64,000 nucleotides of DNA from Eledone cirrhosa (GCA_964016885.1 OZ024745.1:123256001-123320000); one strand, 5' to 3'; positions 1 to 13,899 are shown, numbered from the stretch's first letter. The notes: a model not told the origin generated them from the letters alone. Numbers and translations: made by a program.

Positions 1-1053
1 GAACATAGATTTTACATGTGGCCGGTGTTCTGGTGCAATAAGTAGCAGCAAGTGCCCACAAAATACTAGCTCTTTCAATTGCGCAGAGGGTTCTATAGAA
101 ATAGTGGACAGCTTCCGTTACCTGGGCGATAAAATCAGCAGTGGGGGAGGGTGCTCTGAAAGTACTGTAGCTAGAGTTAGAACTGGTTGGAAAAAGTTCA
201 GAGAGCTTATACCACTATTAGCTGCTAAAGGGTTCTCCCTAAAAATGAAAGGCAGGTTGTACGATGCCTGCATACGAACAGCAATGTTGCATGGTAGTGA
301 GACCTGGGCATTGTGTGCAGAGGATATACGCAGACTAGAGAGGAACGAAGCTTGCATGCTCCGCTGGATGTGTAACAGTAATATACGTGAACGGCAAAGC
401 ATAAACGAACTAAGGAAAAAATTAGAGATAAGAGGGATCAGATGTTGTTTACTCGAGAGAAGGCTGCGTTGGTATGGACACGTGATGCGCATGAAAGTCG
501 ATAGCTGTATAACAAAGTGCAGGGCAATAAAGATAGACGGTAGCCACGGAATAGGCAGACCTAGAAAAACCTGGGATGAGCTGATAAACTCCAACCTCAC
601 ACACTTACACCTCTCCAAGACAATGTCACTGGACCGAGACCTTTGGCGGTACTCAGTAACAGAGAAGACCCACCTTGCCAGTAGGCATCTCTAACAAAAT
701 ACACCCCGTCCCACCACCACCCCCACCCCATCCTCACCACCCCGTTCTATGTAAAGTTATGTTGGTGCCGCGCCATCCATGCCGAAACAAATGAGATCGT
801 GTAGGTGTCACGACAAAAAAACACACAGTCCACGCTGTAATGTGGCCGTGTAGGCAACACGGTAAAAACCTCCCAGACCCACACTGTAAATGTGGTTGGT
901 GTTAGGAAGGGCATCCAACTGTAGAAAACCTGCCAGACAGTCCTATGCGAGCAAGACAATCACTCTTGCCTCAAGTGGGACTACCCACGTCCAAACCCAT
1001 GCAAGCGTGGAACACGGACGTTAAACGTTGATGATGATGATGATGATGATGAT
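1..1053 (+). mobile_element. RTE-clade LINE 3' part (RT C-terminus, 3' UTR and (GAT)n tail)
   Basis: ORF 104..694 has FRYLGD, KGRLYDACIRTAMLHGSETW, RRLRWYGHVMR and GRPRKTW motifs; the 3' UTR ends in gatgatgat. Confidence 0.9.
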
Positions 1054-1173
1054 ATATATATACATACATATATATATATAAATGTATGTATATATGTATA
1101 TATGCATATATATGTATATGTATATGCATATATATTTATAAATATGTGTATATATATATATATATATATATGC

Positions 1174-1205
<32 letters not shown>

Positions 1206-1245
1206 GTGTATATATATATATACACACATATATATATATGTATAT
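1054..1245. repeat. degenerate (TA)n/(TATG)n microsatellite
   Basis: seen directly; source of the spurious YI-rich ORFs. Confidence 0.95.
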
Positions 1246-1306
1246 TTCATCATTTTACGTCCGCTTTTCCCTGCTTTTATATTTTTATATTTATATTTTT
1301 ATATAT

Positions 1307-2160
1307 ATCATCATCATCATCATCATCATCATTTTACATTCGCTTTTCCCTGCTTGCAAGGGTTGGACGGGTTGGACGGGTTTCAGCACAGCATCTCTCC
1401 ACTTGTCACGGTCCTTCGTCATCTCCTCGGTGAGTTTCAGCAATCTCAGGTCTGCTCTTACCACCTCCGCCCATGTTTTTCATGGTCTACCTCTACTGCG
1501 TCTTCCTTCTACTGGGATTTCTTGGCACTTCTTTACTCAGCGGTCATCCTCCATGCACATCACATGTCCATACCATCTCAGCCTTCTCTCCTGCATCACC
1601 ACAACTTATCCCTCTTATACCCAGTTTCTTTCTCAACTCGTCTATACTTGGTCGTTCACACACATTGACATTGCACATCCAATGGAGCATACTTGCTTCA
1701 TTTCTCTCCAGCCATCGCATATCCTCTGCAGTTGCTGCCCATGTCTCACTACCATGCAGCATCGTGCATTTCAGACAGGCATCATATAACCGTCCTTTTG
1801 TATGCAGGGAGAAACCCTTCTTTGTCTACAAAGGAAGCAGCTCCCTAAACTTCTTCCAACCCGTCCTTATTCTAGATACTATTGCCTCAGAACACCCCCC
1901 TCCCATGCTAATCTGATCACCTAGGTACCGGAAGTTATCAACCACTTCTATAGAACCCACCTGCATTTGAAAAATGTGTCTATCACTGTGATTACTACTG
2001 CCAACTTTCCCTGTACATCTACTGCATACGTAGTTTTCCCTACCCGTTAGTTTGCCTGCTATCCCACTACATCTCTTGTGTACCCAAGATCTCCATTGCG
2101 TACATTTTATGGAATTTATGCCAGTTCCTTTCCTACATATCAAACATGGCCATTTCCCTG
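1307..2160 (-). mobile_element. RTE-clade LINE, 5'-truncated, with stops and frameshifts
   Basis: ORFs 1826..2143 (Cys-rich, NFRYLGD) and 1544..1762 (MLHGSETW); (CAT)n tail at 1307-1331. Confidence 0.9.
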
Positions 2161-2799
2161 CAGAATCAATACAGTGATGGTATTTTGGTATTTTAGTTCA
2201 AATCCTGCTGGGGATTCTGAAACAGGATCTAATGAAATACTGGAAGCAATTCAATTGGTTATTTCCTCTCAGACAATATGTGATCTTGTGCCTTTATTAA
2301 CATACATTAAATGAGCTGCCTACTCATTACCAATGTAATAAGAAACATATGAAAGTAAGAGGGCCTTTAATGGGGAGGATGCAGATCCAGTACCCAAAAC
2401 ACATGTTCAGTTTCAACCTATTCTCTGAGCACCTGTCCATAGTTAAACGCTGGCAGGGAAATTTCAAACATATTCGTTAATTATTATAAGATAACATTTT
2501 AAAGTTAGACAAAAAAAATAATATTTAAATGTAACAAAAAAAGGGAAAAAAACAAAAACAAAAAAAAAATGACACAAAAAAAGGAAAATGAGAGAGAGAG
2601 GTAGGGTCAGATACTACACACCTATTATTATTTGAGCTCTGCCTACCTGGACCAAAATTTAGGTTTGGCTAGGTTTACTCTCAGACCTTTTGATTCCAAG
2701 TTCTGTTTCAAATGCCAGAACTTATTTCCTAGGTCTTTTATGGATTCAGCTATATGGACCAGATCATCCACATAGAGAAGTTTCTATGTACAACCAGTC

Positions 2800-3019
2800 T
2801 TAACCCTTTAGCATTCACATTACGCTATATATACTATTATATTTTCATGGTAAATGCTTTAATACACATAATTGTCTCACATAATATCGAATCTATGAGA
2901 GTATTTATTTTGAGAACAATACCTTAACATCAGTTTGAGTGACCAGTTACAGCCAGTTTCAACAGAAAAAGGTAGAGAATTCTGGCCGGTTTTGGCCAGT
3001 TTGAACATTAAAGGGTTAA
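2800..3019. mobile_element. piggyBac-like MITE family A (~220 bp)
   Basis: TTAA-CCCTTTAGCATT...AAAGGG-TTAA; other copies near 3940, 5548, 17849, 24360, 25817, 26695, 43933, 44420, 45269, 57870, 60490, 60840, 61394. Confidence 0.85.
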
Positions 3020-3740
3020 ACCACTCAGTTATGGCCTGGAGAACTATGATGAATAACAGCAGGCTGAGAACTGAACCCTGATGAAATCCTATCTGTACCT
3101 TGAATTCCTCACTAAACTCACTTCCTACTCTCACTTTACTGACAGCTCCTCTGTACATGGCTTGCACTGCTCTCACAAGCATTTCTTCTACACCTAATTT
3201 CCTTAAGGACCACCTGATAATAAATCGAAGTATTCTGTCAAAGGATTTTTCTAGATCCACTAAAGCTAAATATAGCAGCTTATTCTTGACTAGGAATTTC
3301 ACTTGTAGTTGCCTCACTAAAAAGAGATCATCTGTAATACCTTTTCCAAGCATGAAACCAAACTACATCTCATTTAATTTCACTCTTTCCCTAATTTACT
3401 GTGCTCTAACTTGATCCATTAGTTTTATTCCTCTGTTGTTGCTCCTTGCATCACGAACTTACCCTTGTAGCAATTTATGATTGTACTGCTGTACCAGTCA
3501 TTGCGAATGACTCCATCATGTATTACCTGATTGACTATGTGGGTTAGTAGTTTCATTCCACTCTCCCTATGCTTTTAGCATCTCAGCAAATATCTCTGAC
3601 AGTCCAACAGCTTCACCATTCTTTGTCTTGATTGCTTCTTTGACCTTATAACAGTCAACTTTAATAGCTGGTCCTTTTCATGTGTAAGTTGGGGTTAGTC
3701 TCTCCTCCTCTCTTTCTCTGCATTTATCACTCTCTTATAG
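3020..3740 (-). mobile_element. RTE-clade reverse transcriptase fragment, adjoined by the MITE
   Basis: LVDLEKSFDR, GFHQGSVLS and LFIIVL in ORF 2877..3353. Confidence 0.85.
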
Positions 3741-3797
3741 TATACCAAGAGGCCAGGAGAAAGGTTACGTAACAAGTATATTTTGCAAGGAGGGAAG

Positions 3798-3833
<36 letters not shown>

Positions 3834-4357
3834 CACACACATGCACACACACACACACATGCATACACACATTAATATGTTTCTGTTTGCCTCTTTTGAG
3901 TGTACTTTAAATAAGAATGAATTTTTTAAATCTTAGAATTTCCCTTTAGCATTTACATTACTCTATATTTACTATTATATTTTCATGGTAAAGGTTTTAT
4001 CACACATAATTATCTCACATAATCTCGAATCTATGAGATTTTGATATTATTTATTTTGATTGAGAACAATACCTTAACATAAGTAAAAGTGGCCAGATAC
4101 ACCCAGTTTGAACAGAAAGATGTGAGAGAATTCTGGCCAGTTATGGCCGGTTTAAATGCTATTACTTATTATTATGAGAATAAACTCTCATGCATTGTAA
4201 AAGGATTAGAAGCAGCCAAAATAAATGAGGGTATAATGTTCTGACATTCTAACTAAAGTTCTGTGGAATCTTTTAATATTTGCATAGCAATTGCTCTGAC
4301 TATAAGGCTCTTTGATAACTCAAAATAAGTTTAGAAAGCAAAGACATATAGCTTTAC

Positions 4358-4388
<31 letters not shown>

Positions 4389-4669
4389 ACACCACACCAC
4401 CACCACCACCACCACACACACAGCACAGATAGAAGTGAAACCCTCACCACAGAACTCAGCACAACTGAGAAAAACCAGTGGAATAATACCAGCTGGAGAA
4501 GATGTTGGTATTGTTTAACAAATATAAACAACTGAATAATGTTAAGTTAATTCAAATTTAATTTTTTTTTTCTTTCTTGTTATTTACTTAATCAAAAATA
4601 AACCACATACCATATTAATTTATTATTTAAGTATGATAAATCTATTTTTATATTTATTTGTCTCTCACG

Positions 4670-5400
4670 ATCTTTGCTGGAAAGAACGGAAATGAAAATG
4701 GTTCATTGGATAAATGAAGTGTTGCTGAGAGAGAGAGGAAGACAAACAATGAATTATAGAAGATGATGGGAATAAACACAATGATGATAGTCTTAGTAAT
4801 TTTCTTAGTCCTGCCAGAGAAAGAAATGTACATCATATCATGTTTTCATACATACTGTATTAGGTGAGAGCCATGAGAAAAGAGATGAAAGAAATATGAG
4901 AAAGCTGGCCAACTAGATGCAGTAGGGAGCGTAGATAGTTATATTGAATGTATAGATGTAAACATACACACACACATGCCTGAAGTCTGAATACAGAGGA
5001 GCTGAACTCCCACTGTCATCACCTCCACCTCTCTCACCTCCCCATCACACACATATACCAGGTTCAAATACAGAGGAGCCAAACTCCCACTGTCATCACC
5101 TCCACCTCTCTCACCCTCCCCATCTCTTGTGAAGAAAAATGGAATGAGATAGTTGGGTCATGTGTTGAGGAAGGATGAAAGTGACTGGGTGAGAGGAGAG
5201 ATGGAAATGCATACTGAAAGTAGAGGAAAGGGAAGACCAATAAATATGTGGCTAAGGTTGATGGGGTGGAAAAGAGAAAACAAGAGGTTGATGAGGGATG
5301 GATGAAGACAATAGGGAAAAAGAAAGTTGCATGTCATGGGGCCTGCAAGGTTAACCCCTGCTTTACCAGGGAAAATAGCCTTAAAATGTTTGTTGCTGTT
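4670..5400 (+). mobile_element. old RTE 3' fragment split by an insertion
   Basis: LERTEMKMVHW at ~4678 and LGHVLRKDESDWV...GRP at ~5150. Confidence 0.55.
4990..5125. repeat. two-copy ~58-bp direct repeat
   Basis: aatacagaggagc..aactcccactgtcatcacctccacctctctcacc occurs twice. Confidence 0.85.
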
Positions 5401-6493
5401 GTTTCATAATCTTTGCTTCTTCCATCAACCTTTGATAAATTTAATTTAGTTAATTGTGATGTGAAATTAATAAACTCTGATTATTTCATACTAATGAAGG
5501 TAAACAAAGCAGAAATGACACATTAATCCCCATCATCATCCTCATCATTTAACACTTTACCATTTACATTATTCTATATTCAATATTGTATTTTCATGGT
5601 AAAAGCTTTACCTTACATAATTATTTCACATAGTATTGAATCAAAGAGATTTTGATATTATTTATTTTGTGAACAGTACCTTAACATAAGTATGTGTGGC
5701 CAGTTACGGCTGGTTTGAACAGAAAGAGGTGAACAAATTCTGGCCAGATGCGGCTGGTTTAAATGCTAAAGGGTTAATGTCTATCTTCATTTCTAGAAAG
5801 AGTTGGACAGTGCTTCACGGACCAAGTCAGTGCTCAAGTGAATCTTCTGACCTCTTAAATGTGCTGGAGGGCCTACATTATGCCTACATATGTACCCAAG
5901 ACATACTGAGTGCATTTTATGATGGCATCAGTAGGGAGGTTGTCATGTCTTTGACACTGCTGAATAATCCTCCCAATAATCTTCCATTGCTGTATCCAAA
6001 TATCAGAAAAATAAATATTATAAGAATGTTACAGCTGAAATATAATAGAATTTGAATAAATATCAAGTGAAAAATTAATGAGTCTCTCCATAATTAATTA
6101 GTTGTTATCGAGAGAACAGACTCCCCAGCAACTTCTTTTATTTTCGAAAGAAATTAGAAACAGGCAATAGAAGTGAGGTTGATATTTTTCTTTTAAGCTA
6201 GATAACTTTGAAGTGTAATAATATCAATGTTAAATGTCTGTTTATATTATATTCTTCTACATGTTATGTGACCTATGTGATGTATTTAAATTGTATCTTT
6301 TTGATTTATCATTGATATCTTGTTAGATTTTTTAATTCCCCATATAATATTTTAATTTAATTGATGTTTAAAATCTCTTTCATAAGATGTTTTTCAGCTT
6401 TCATCTTGCCCTCTCTGTCTTACCCTATACTATATTTCTATATATACTCAACAAGTACTTTAAAGCCCTTTTCCATATTAAAACAGGAGTTAC

Positions 6494-6630
6494 CCTTGCA
6501 AGCTCCATGATGGATCTTATACTTATTATGAAGTCTTTTATGGGGCATTGTTTTACAGCAAGATGTCCATTTAGGATTAAACATTTTAGTTGCTTCTCCT
6601 GTAACTATTCTAAACTGGATGTACAGAGCG
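6494..6630 (-). other. possible internal exon of an unidentified gene
   Basis: acceptor tttgtgtttccag, donor G|gtaact, one open frame (ALYIQFRIVTGEATKMFNPKW...HHGACK); no recognisable domain. Confidence 0.2.
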
Positions 6631-6756
6631 CTGGAAACACAAATATATATGCCATACAAAAAATTGTTAATTTTGAGCTTTTCTGTTTGAATTTGCTAGC
6701 AGGCTGGCCCTCAATCAAATTGTTAAATTTTAAATTTCCAACTTTAGTGTATCTTA

Positions 6757-7435
6757 ATAATTGTTTCTACTTTTGGCACAAGGCCAGCAATTACCCTAGT
6801 GTATTACTGGTACTTTATTTTATCCACCCCGTAAAGATGAAAGGGGCAAAGTTAACCTCGACAGGATTGAACTCAGAACATAAAGGGCTATAACTTTATG
6901 CCACTAAGCATGGTGTCCTACAATCTACTGATTCTGCCAGCCCACCTCCTTCAAGGCCAGCAATTACCCAGTACATTACTGATTCTTTATTTTATCGACC
7001 CCATAAGGATGAAAGGCAAAGTTAACTTGGGCGGGATTTGAATTCAGTCCGTAAAGGGACATGCTGCAAAACATGTCATCTGACCCTTTACTGATACTGC
7101 CAATCCACCTAATAATAATACCGGGAAAACACTACAACACACAGTTGCTATGAATACACACGCACACAAACTATTGGACAATCATGTGCACACGGCCCCT
7201 GTAAGGATGAAAGGTAAGTTAACCTGGGTGGGATTTGAACTCAGGATGTAAAGGGCCATAACTCTATGCTGCAAAGCATAGCGTCTGATGCTCTACCGAT
7301 GCTGCCAAATAATTTGAAGTGGTTGAAAGGTTAAAACATTGGATAGAATGCCTCGCAATATTTCTTCTGGTTCTCTCCACTTCAAGTTCAAATCCTGCCA
7401 AGGTTAACTTTGCTTTTCACCCTTTTGAGGTCTAA
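6757..7435 (-). mobile_element. cluster of tRNA-derived SINE family 1 copies (three minus, one degenerate plus)
   Basis: B-box gagttcaaatccc and conserved gcctttcatccttacggggtcgataaa core on the minus strand. Confidence 0.85.
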
Positions 7436-7561
7436 AAAGACAACACTTCAATATTACTGTGAATTCTTTCCCTATATCTCTTTCTCACTTCCTTTCTTTC
7501 TAGAAGAACTCATTTATATTCTGACCTGCAGAGGCATGGACCCTGACATGACATGTGTCTA

Positions 7562-8470
7562 GATAGTGGTCACTTTTAGTCTCCTACTAAATATGTATCT
7601 ACATAGTGGTCAATTTTGGTTGCCTACTAAATATCCAGTCCTTTAGTGGTCAATTTTGGTTGCCTACTAAATATTTATCCAGTCCTTTAGTGGTCAATTT
7701 TGGTTGCCTACTAAATATTTATCCATTCCTTTAGTGGTCAATTTTGGTTGCCTACTAAATATTTATCCAGCCCTTTAGTGGTCAATTTTGGTTGCCTACT
7801 AAATATCCAGTCCTTTAGTGGTCAATTTTGGTTGCCTACTAAATATTTATCCATTCCTTTAGTGGTCAATTTTGGTTGCCTACTAAATATTTATCCATTC
7901 CTTTAGTGGTCAATTTTGGTTGCCTACTAAATATTTATCCAGCCCTTTAGTGGTCAATTTTGGTTGCCTACTAAATATCCAGTCCTTTAGTGGTCAATTT
8001 TTGTTGCCTACTAAATATTTATCCATTCCTTTAGTGGTCAATTTTGGTTGCCTACTAAATATTTATCCAGTCCTTTAGTGGTCAATTTTGGTTTCCTATT
8101 TATCTAGATATTGGTCAATTTTGGTTTCCTACTAAATATTTATCTAGATATTGGTCAATTTTGGTTTCCTACTAAATATTTATCTAGATATTGGTCAATT
8201 TTGGTTTCCTACTAAATATTTATCTAGATAATGGTCAATTTTGGTTTCCTACTAAATATTTATCTAGATAGTGGTCAATTTTGGTTTCCTACTAAATATT
8301 TATCTAGATAATGGTCAATTTTGGTTTCCTACTAAATATTTATCTAGATAATGGTCAATTTTGGTTTCCTACTAAATATTTATCTAGATAATGGTCAATT
8401 TTGATTTCCTACTAAATATTTATCTAGATAGTGGTCAATTTTGGTTGTTTACTAAATATTTATCCAGCCT
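7562..8470. repeat. minisatellite, 40/44-bp units, about 22 copies
   Basis: agtggtcaattttggttgcctactaaatatttatcc... repeated; the right half uses a 40-bp tagata variant. Confidence 0.95.
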
Positions 8471-8755
8471 TCTAGTGATTTAATATTTTTGTATTCTAAA
8501 AAAAAGTTGTCTATTTTGTTGATATAGCCATGATGTTTTGTACCAATTTATTCCTATCTTTGGGGAGATAGAGCTATGTATTTAAAATAACCATACTGTT
8601 GTAAGGTATTATTTCTGTAATTAATGTATGTGTGTATATCTTTCTAATAAAATGCAAGTGTCAAATGACAAACATTTTGTGTTAGATTTGTTTGAGAAAT
8701 GGTTATTTGATACACCCTCCCCCACCTCTCTCTCTCACACACACATACAGTTGTT

Positions 8756-8942
8756 ATAATTGTTTCTACTTTTGGCACAAGGCCAGCAAATACCCAGTGT
8801 ATTACTGGTACTTTATTTTATCGACCCTGTAAGAATGAAAGGCAAAGTTAACTTCGGCGGGATTTGAACTCAGATCGTAAAGGGACGTAACTATGCTGGA
8901 AAGCATGTCTGACCCTCTACCAATACTGCCAATTCACCGCCA
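8756..8942 (-). mobile_element. SINE family 1, full length
   Basis: same consensus; other copies at ~12760, 13078, 13710, 26167, 26357, 36318, 49535, 50810, 55300, 55497, 56265, 63655 (minus) and 19316, 43985 (plus). Confidence 0.88.
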
Positions 8943-9124
8943 TTTTGTCATAATAGTCAGTGATTAGAACAGCAGCTATCTATCTGTCTATTTTTGGGCA
9001 ATAAAAACATCTATCCATCTATCTATCTATCTATCTATCTATGTATCTACAGATGTAGATATCTACATAACTCCATTTATCTACATACATATATGTCTTT
9101 CTAGTTTTCTACCTACATATCTGC

Positions 9125-9218
<94 letters not shown>
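9125..9218. repeat. (CT)n(TA)n microsatellite
   Basis: seen directly. Confidence 0.95.
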
Positions 9219-9221
<3 letters not shown>

Positions 9222-9774
9222 ACCCTCTCCTGCTATTTCAAGTGTTAAACTAATACATTCCTTCCATTATACTGTACCGTTTGTGTTGATCTTTCTGTTT
9301 AACTTTCAAATACACACTCACACACATACACACACATATATATATATATGTATGTATGTATGCCTAAGCAATAAACATATCTATATAGAACTCTCTCTAC
9401 ATATGTATATGGTAATAAGGTGGTAAAAAATAAAAAATACTGACCTTTCCTGTTTATAATTATATATAGTTTATATATAAGTATAAATAATATTATTATT
9501 ATTATGTATACACATAAACATTTTATACACTCAGTCAAATATACACTCACAAATTTATATTTGTAAACATAACCTTCTATGATTATTTCGTTTTAGTTGT
9601 GGTTGTTGTAATTCATATTTCTGTTTATTTTTTTTGGTATTTTTTTCATCACATAGTCATCCACAGCTTCTACTTTTCTCTCATACGAACATTCCATGGT
9701 TAACGAACAAAGGAAGTGGTAGAAAACAGCTATCTTATGTTATGAATGAAATGTTTACCAAAAAATCTTTACAG

Positions 9775-9866
9775 ATCTGATGGCAAGATTTCTTTAACAA
9801 AGAGGACATTGGTATATAAGAAGGAGATAATTCAAAGAAATATTACAAACACAAACTATGAAAAGG
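9775..9866 (+). other. possible internal exon of an unidentified gene
   Basis: ctttacag acceptor, G|gtgagt donor, one open frame SDGKISLTKRTLVYKKEIIQRNITNTNYEK. Confidence 0.2.
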
Positions 9867-10324
9867 GTGAGTGAGTCTAGAATGTTCTGTCAGACATGGT
9901 TTTCGAATTGGAATTAGACACCTTCATCTGTATGATAACTTAAACAACTTCAGGGCACATTCAAGAGAACAATTGTTAAGGAAGTTCATTAAAAAGAAGT
10001 TTTATTAGACTGTGAGAAAGAAAGAAGGAAAGAAAGAAAGAATGAGAGAAGAAAGAAAGAGGGGAGTGTCAATATAATGAACCAAGCCTTTAAAAAAAAT
10101 CAGTTACAGATGTGTGTAATTCTGCATTTATACAAATACTGTTTATTTCCTTTTCCATATATATGCATATATATATCCCACACTTTCTCTCTCTCCCTCT
10201 CTCACCAGCATCAACAGTTTTGCAAGAGATGTCAACATGAATGGACCTGTTATTTTTATCTAAAGACATTTTTTTTCCAATTCCATCCCGCCCGTCCCCT
10301 CAATCTATTTTATTTCTCATTCTT

Positions 10325-10360
10325 TCTTCTGATGAAGGACTAGCGTCCGAAACGTTGAGA
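10325..10360 (+). ncRNA. minimal type-I hammerhead ribozyme (Penelope-LTR type)
   Basis: tctt-CTGATGA-a-GGAC-tagc-GTCC-GAA-ACGT-T-gaga. Confidence 0.8.
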
Positions 10361-10521
10361 CCCTCTTCCTGCTATATCAAGCGTTAACCTAATATATACC
10401 TTCCATATACTGTACCGATTGTGTTGTTATTTCTGTTTACCTTTTACATACATATATATATATATATATATAGTAATAATAATAAATATATATATATATA
10501 TTAATTAAAATAACAGATTAA

Positions 10522-10572
10522 AGTTTAAGCAAAGAATCGCTGCTTTCACCCTTAACGGGATTTTCTGAAACT
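10522..10572 (-). ncRNA. variant or decayed hammerhead (CAGAAAA core); same family as 53298
   Basis: agttt-CAGAAAA-tcccgttaagggt-GAA-AGCAG..TTGCT-T-aaact. Confidence 0.55.
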
Positions 10573-10784
10573 ATAAAAGTCAATCTGTGAACGCAGAAGT
10601 AAATATTTCAAAAAACGTTGCAACCGAAGGAAGACAGGAAGAAGAAACTTTGGTTCGTGGAAACGTTCCTTGGCAAAGAACGGAAAAAAAACGATATAAT
10701 ACGTCATTATTTGGTGCGGTGAAAACAATTACACGCAAACCACGTTTATGGTATAAAAGAAGTTGCAGACTAATATATATATAT

Positions 10785-10962
10785 CAGCATCATCATCATT
10801 TTACGTCCGCTTTTCCCTGCTCGCAAGGGTTGGACGGGTCCTATTCAGCACAGCATCTCTCCACCCGTCACGGACCTTCGTCATCTTCTCCGTGAGTTTC
10901 AACGACTGAGGTCTGCTCTCACTACCTCCGCCCATGTTTTTTGTGGTCTACCTCTACTGTGA
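10785..10962 (-). mobile_element. RTE 3' end fragment
   Basis: matches the 1307-1500 copy, (CAT)n tail. Confidence 0.85.
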
Positions 10963-11006
10963 ATATATATATCCGTAACTTTCTCTCTCTCTCTCTCTCC
11001 CTCTCT

Positions 11007-11046
<40 letters not shown>

Positions 11047-11236
11047 TTAGGTTTGTTGGTTCACCACTGGATAGAACTGGACATTCTGTATGGTCAACCT
11101 CAATGTAATAATAGGGAGAGCACTCGACGTAATGCAACTCACCCGTCTTCGTTTGTGTTGTTGGTGGTGCGAGTACGGAGTTAATTATTATAAAATAACA
11201 GGAGGCTGGACTGGTGTAATTCCTTAAAGGTTTATT

Positions 11237-11294
11237 ATACTATGAACATTTCAATGACTGGGTCCAGTATGAATCCAGTGACATCATCAGGTAT
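11237..11294 (-). ncRNA. type-I hammerhead ribozyme in a (TA)n-flanked element
   Basis: atac-CTGATGA-tgtcACTGG..CCAGTcatt-GAA-ATGTTCAT-A-gtat, then aataaa. Confidence 0.7.
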
Positions 11295-11759
11295 TCGAAA
11301 TTTAACAAAGGAATATAATCCATGGGGCTGAAAAGGCAGAGAGACAAGAAGGCTGCCACACATTTAGAAGTTTCTAGTTCAGTCACCTGCCTTCAAGTTA
11401 TTTTATAATATATATATATATATATATATATCATCATCATCATCATCATCATTTTATAATATATATATATTATATATATATTATATATATATCATCATCA
11501 TCATCATCATCAACGTTTAACGTCCGTGTTCCACGCTTGCATGGGTTTGGACGGGGGTTTTCCCACTTGAGGCAAGAGTGATTATCTTGCTCGCATAGGA
11601 CTATATATATAATCACTGTTACAGTGTATATATATATTATATATTGGTATAAGATATTGTATGCAGAAAAACAGGCTAGGAAGAGTGAAGATAAATTTGG
11701 AGAGAGATTTATTTGATTTATATTTTATACTATATATTAATGTGTGAGAATGACAAAGC

Positions 11760-12062
11760 AAATGAGAAACTGTGTAAGAGGAATCAGAAGTACTGTGCCG
11801 GAAAGGAGACTGCATTTGTATGGACATATGATGTGTATGGATAATGATTGTTGGTTGAAGAAGTACCAAATAATCCTAGCAGACGGAAGCCATAGTAGGG
11901 GAAGATCAAGGAAGACATAGATGGAAGTGGTGAGAGCTGATTTCAGATTGGTAAAGCTCACTGAGTAAAGAACGCGACAAGTGGAGAAACGCTGTACTGA
12001 GAAGGAGCCAACCAACCCAAGCAAGCATGGAACAATGGGTGTAAAATGATGATGATGAGGAT
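11760..12062 (+). mobile_element. RTE 3' end fragment
   Basis: degenerate RRLHLYGHMM..GR motif and (GAT)n tail. Confidence 0.8.
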
Positions 12063-12257
12063 GATATATATATATAGAAAATGTTCAAGATCCCGATGGC
12101 AGAGCTTGAACATCTTCCTATTACCCACTCTACTACCCTAAGTATTGAGTACTCTGGTACATTATAGTCCACCTGGTTCCTTACCACACTTCCTTCGTTA
12201 TATATATATATATATAAGAATAATTAAGAAAGATGCTGATATTACATAAATCGTTTA

Positions 12258-12348
12258 TTCATAATAATTATTTCAACGGTTCCCCCATGCAATCCAAGAT
12301 GTAATTCATGCCTTTGTTGTTGTTATGAGAATGGTATCTTCAGATGAA
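12258..12348 (-). ncRNA. type-I hammerhead with long stem II region
   Basis: ttcat-CTGAAGA-(~62 nt)-GAA-ATAATTAT-T-atgaa, overlapping aataaa. Confidence 0.65.
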
Positions 12349-13899
12349 ATTCTATTTTGTGATATGCCACAGGTAGAAAGACAGAAAGACACGTCCTTCT
12401 GTTCATGTGCCTGGCAGACATATAAGTTCCTAAAGGGTCTTTCCCAGCCATTGTGTTTTCATTTTCTGGAGTGAAGTGCTATCTATGTGTCAATTAGCGA
12501 ATCTGGACACATGTACCCCCCACTGAATTAGGGTCGTATATTATCAAAGGATAACCCTTCAAGAGTGTTGTGTTGACCTACACCAGACAATCGTCAATGT
12601 GTAGCTAGATTTCAATAGTGGAAGCAATAAACGGAACTCTGAGGGAGGGCGATATAGACAGTTTGATGACAGCTATATTCAAGACAACCACAACAACAAC
12701 AACCACACCGACCACATCGCCTACACTGGCCATTGTACTAGCAGGGATAATAATTGTTTCTACTTTTGGCACAAGGCCAGCAATTACCCAGTATATTACT
12801 GGTACTTTAGTTTATCGACCCCGTAAGGATGAAAGGCAAAGTTAACCTCGGCGGGATTTGAACTCAGACCGTAAAGGGAGGTAACTATGCTGGAAAGCAT
12901 GGCGTCCGTCCCTCTACCGATACAGCCAATTCACCGCCCCCTGCTAATGGCACCCGATATCCGATCAACAGCAACAGCAACAACAACAACACTAGTAATG
13001 AATCCGTCATGACGACGACATCAACAAAAAAATGCTCCGGTGGTGTCGGTCGCTGTAAATAAATTCATATAATAATAATAATTGTTTCTACTTTTGGCAC
13101 AAGGCCAGCAATTACCCAGTGCATTACTGGTACTTTATTTTATCGACCCCGTAAGGATGAAAGGCAAAGTTAACCTCAGCGGGATTTGAACTCAGAATGG
13201 CAAGGGCCATAACTCTATGTGTCAAAGCATGGCGTCCGATTCTCTACTGATACTGCCAATTCACTGCCCCTGATATAGTAATAATAATAATAATAATAAT
13301 CATTTCTACCCTTTGGCACAAGGTCAACAATAATCCCAGTGCATAATAATAATTAGTTATAATAGTAGTCAGTAGTAACTACATTGGTATTAATAATAAC
13401 AACAGCAACAACTATGCCCGGACAAAAAGGGACTACTAGACTATGGATGCGAGTTGTAGGTAGCGAACAAAGGAACAAAAAACATACATATCAGAGATTT
13501 GCTTCTAGAAAGATGATACGTACATGTCAGCAACAAATTTGACACCACGTGTTGCAACAAACTTTACCTAAGTCTACAATTAACTGGGAAAATAAAGAGT
13601 ATAAACAGTTAAAATATATCCTTAGCAAAACTTTCCAGAGATTAATCTGTGTATGAAACTTTATTTTAAAACAAAGGCATACAATGACTATATTAAACAA
13701 GAAACCAAATAATTGTTTCTACTTTTGGCACAAGTACATTACTGGTACTTTATTTTATCGAGCCCGTAAGGATGAAAGGCAAAGTTAACTTCGGCGGGAT
13801 TTGAACTCAGACGGTAAAGGGACGTAACTATGCTGGAAAGCATGGCGTCCGACTCTCTACCGATACTGCCAATCCACCAAATAATGAAATTCTGTGTGC

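Noticed and set aside
981-1433. YI/H/C-rich ORFs (also at 27784-28316, 33959-34230, 41177-41779)
   Set aside because: Translations of microsatellites and minisatellites.
7562-8470. Possible CRISPR array
   Set aside because: Head-to-tail units without spacers, in a eukaryotic context.
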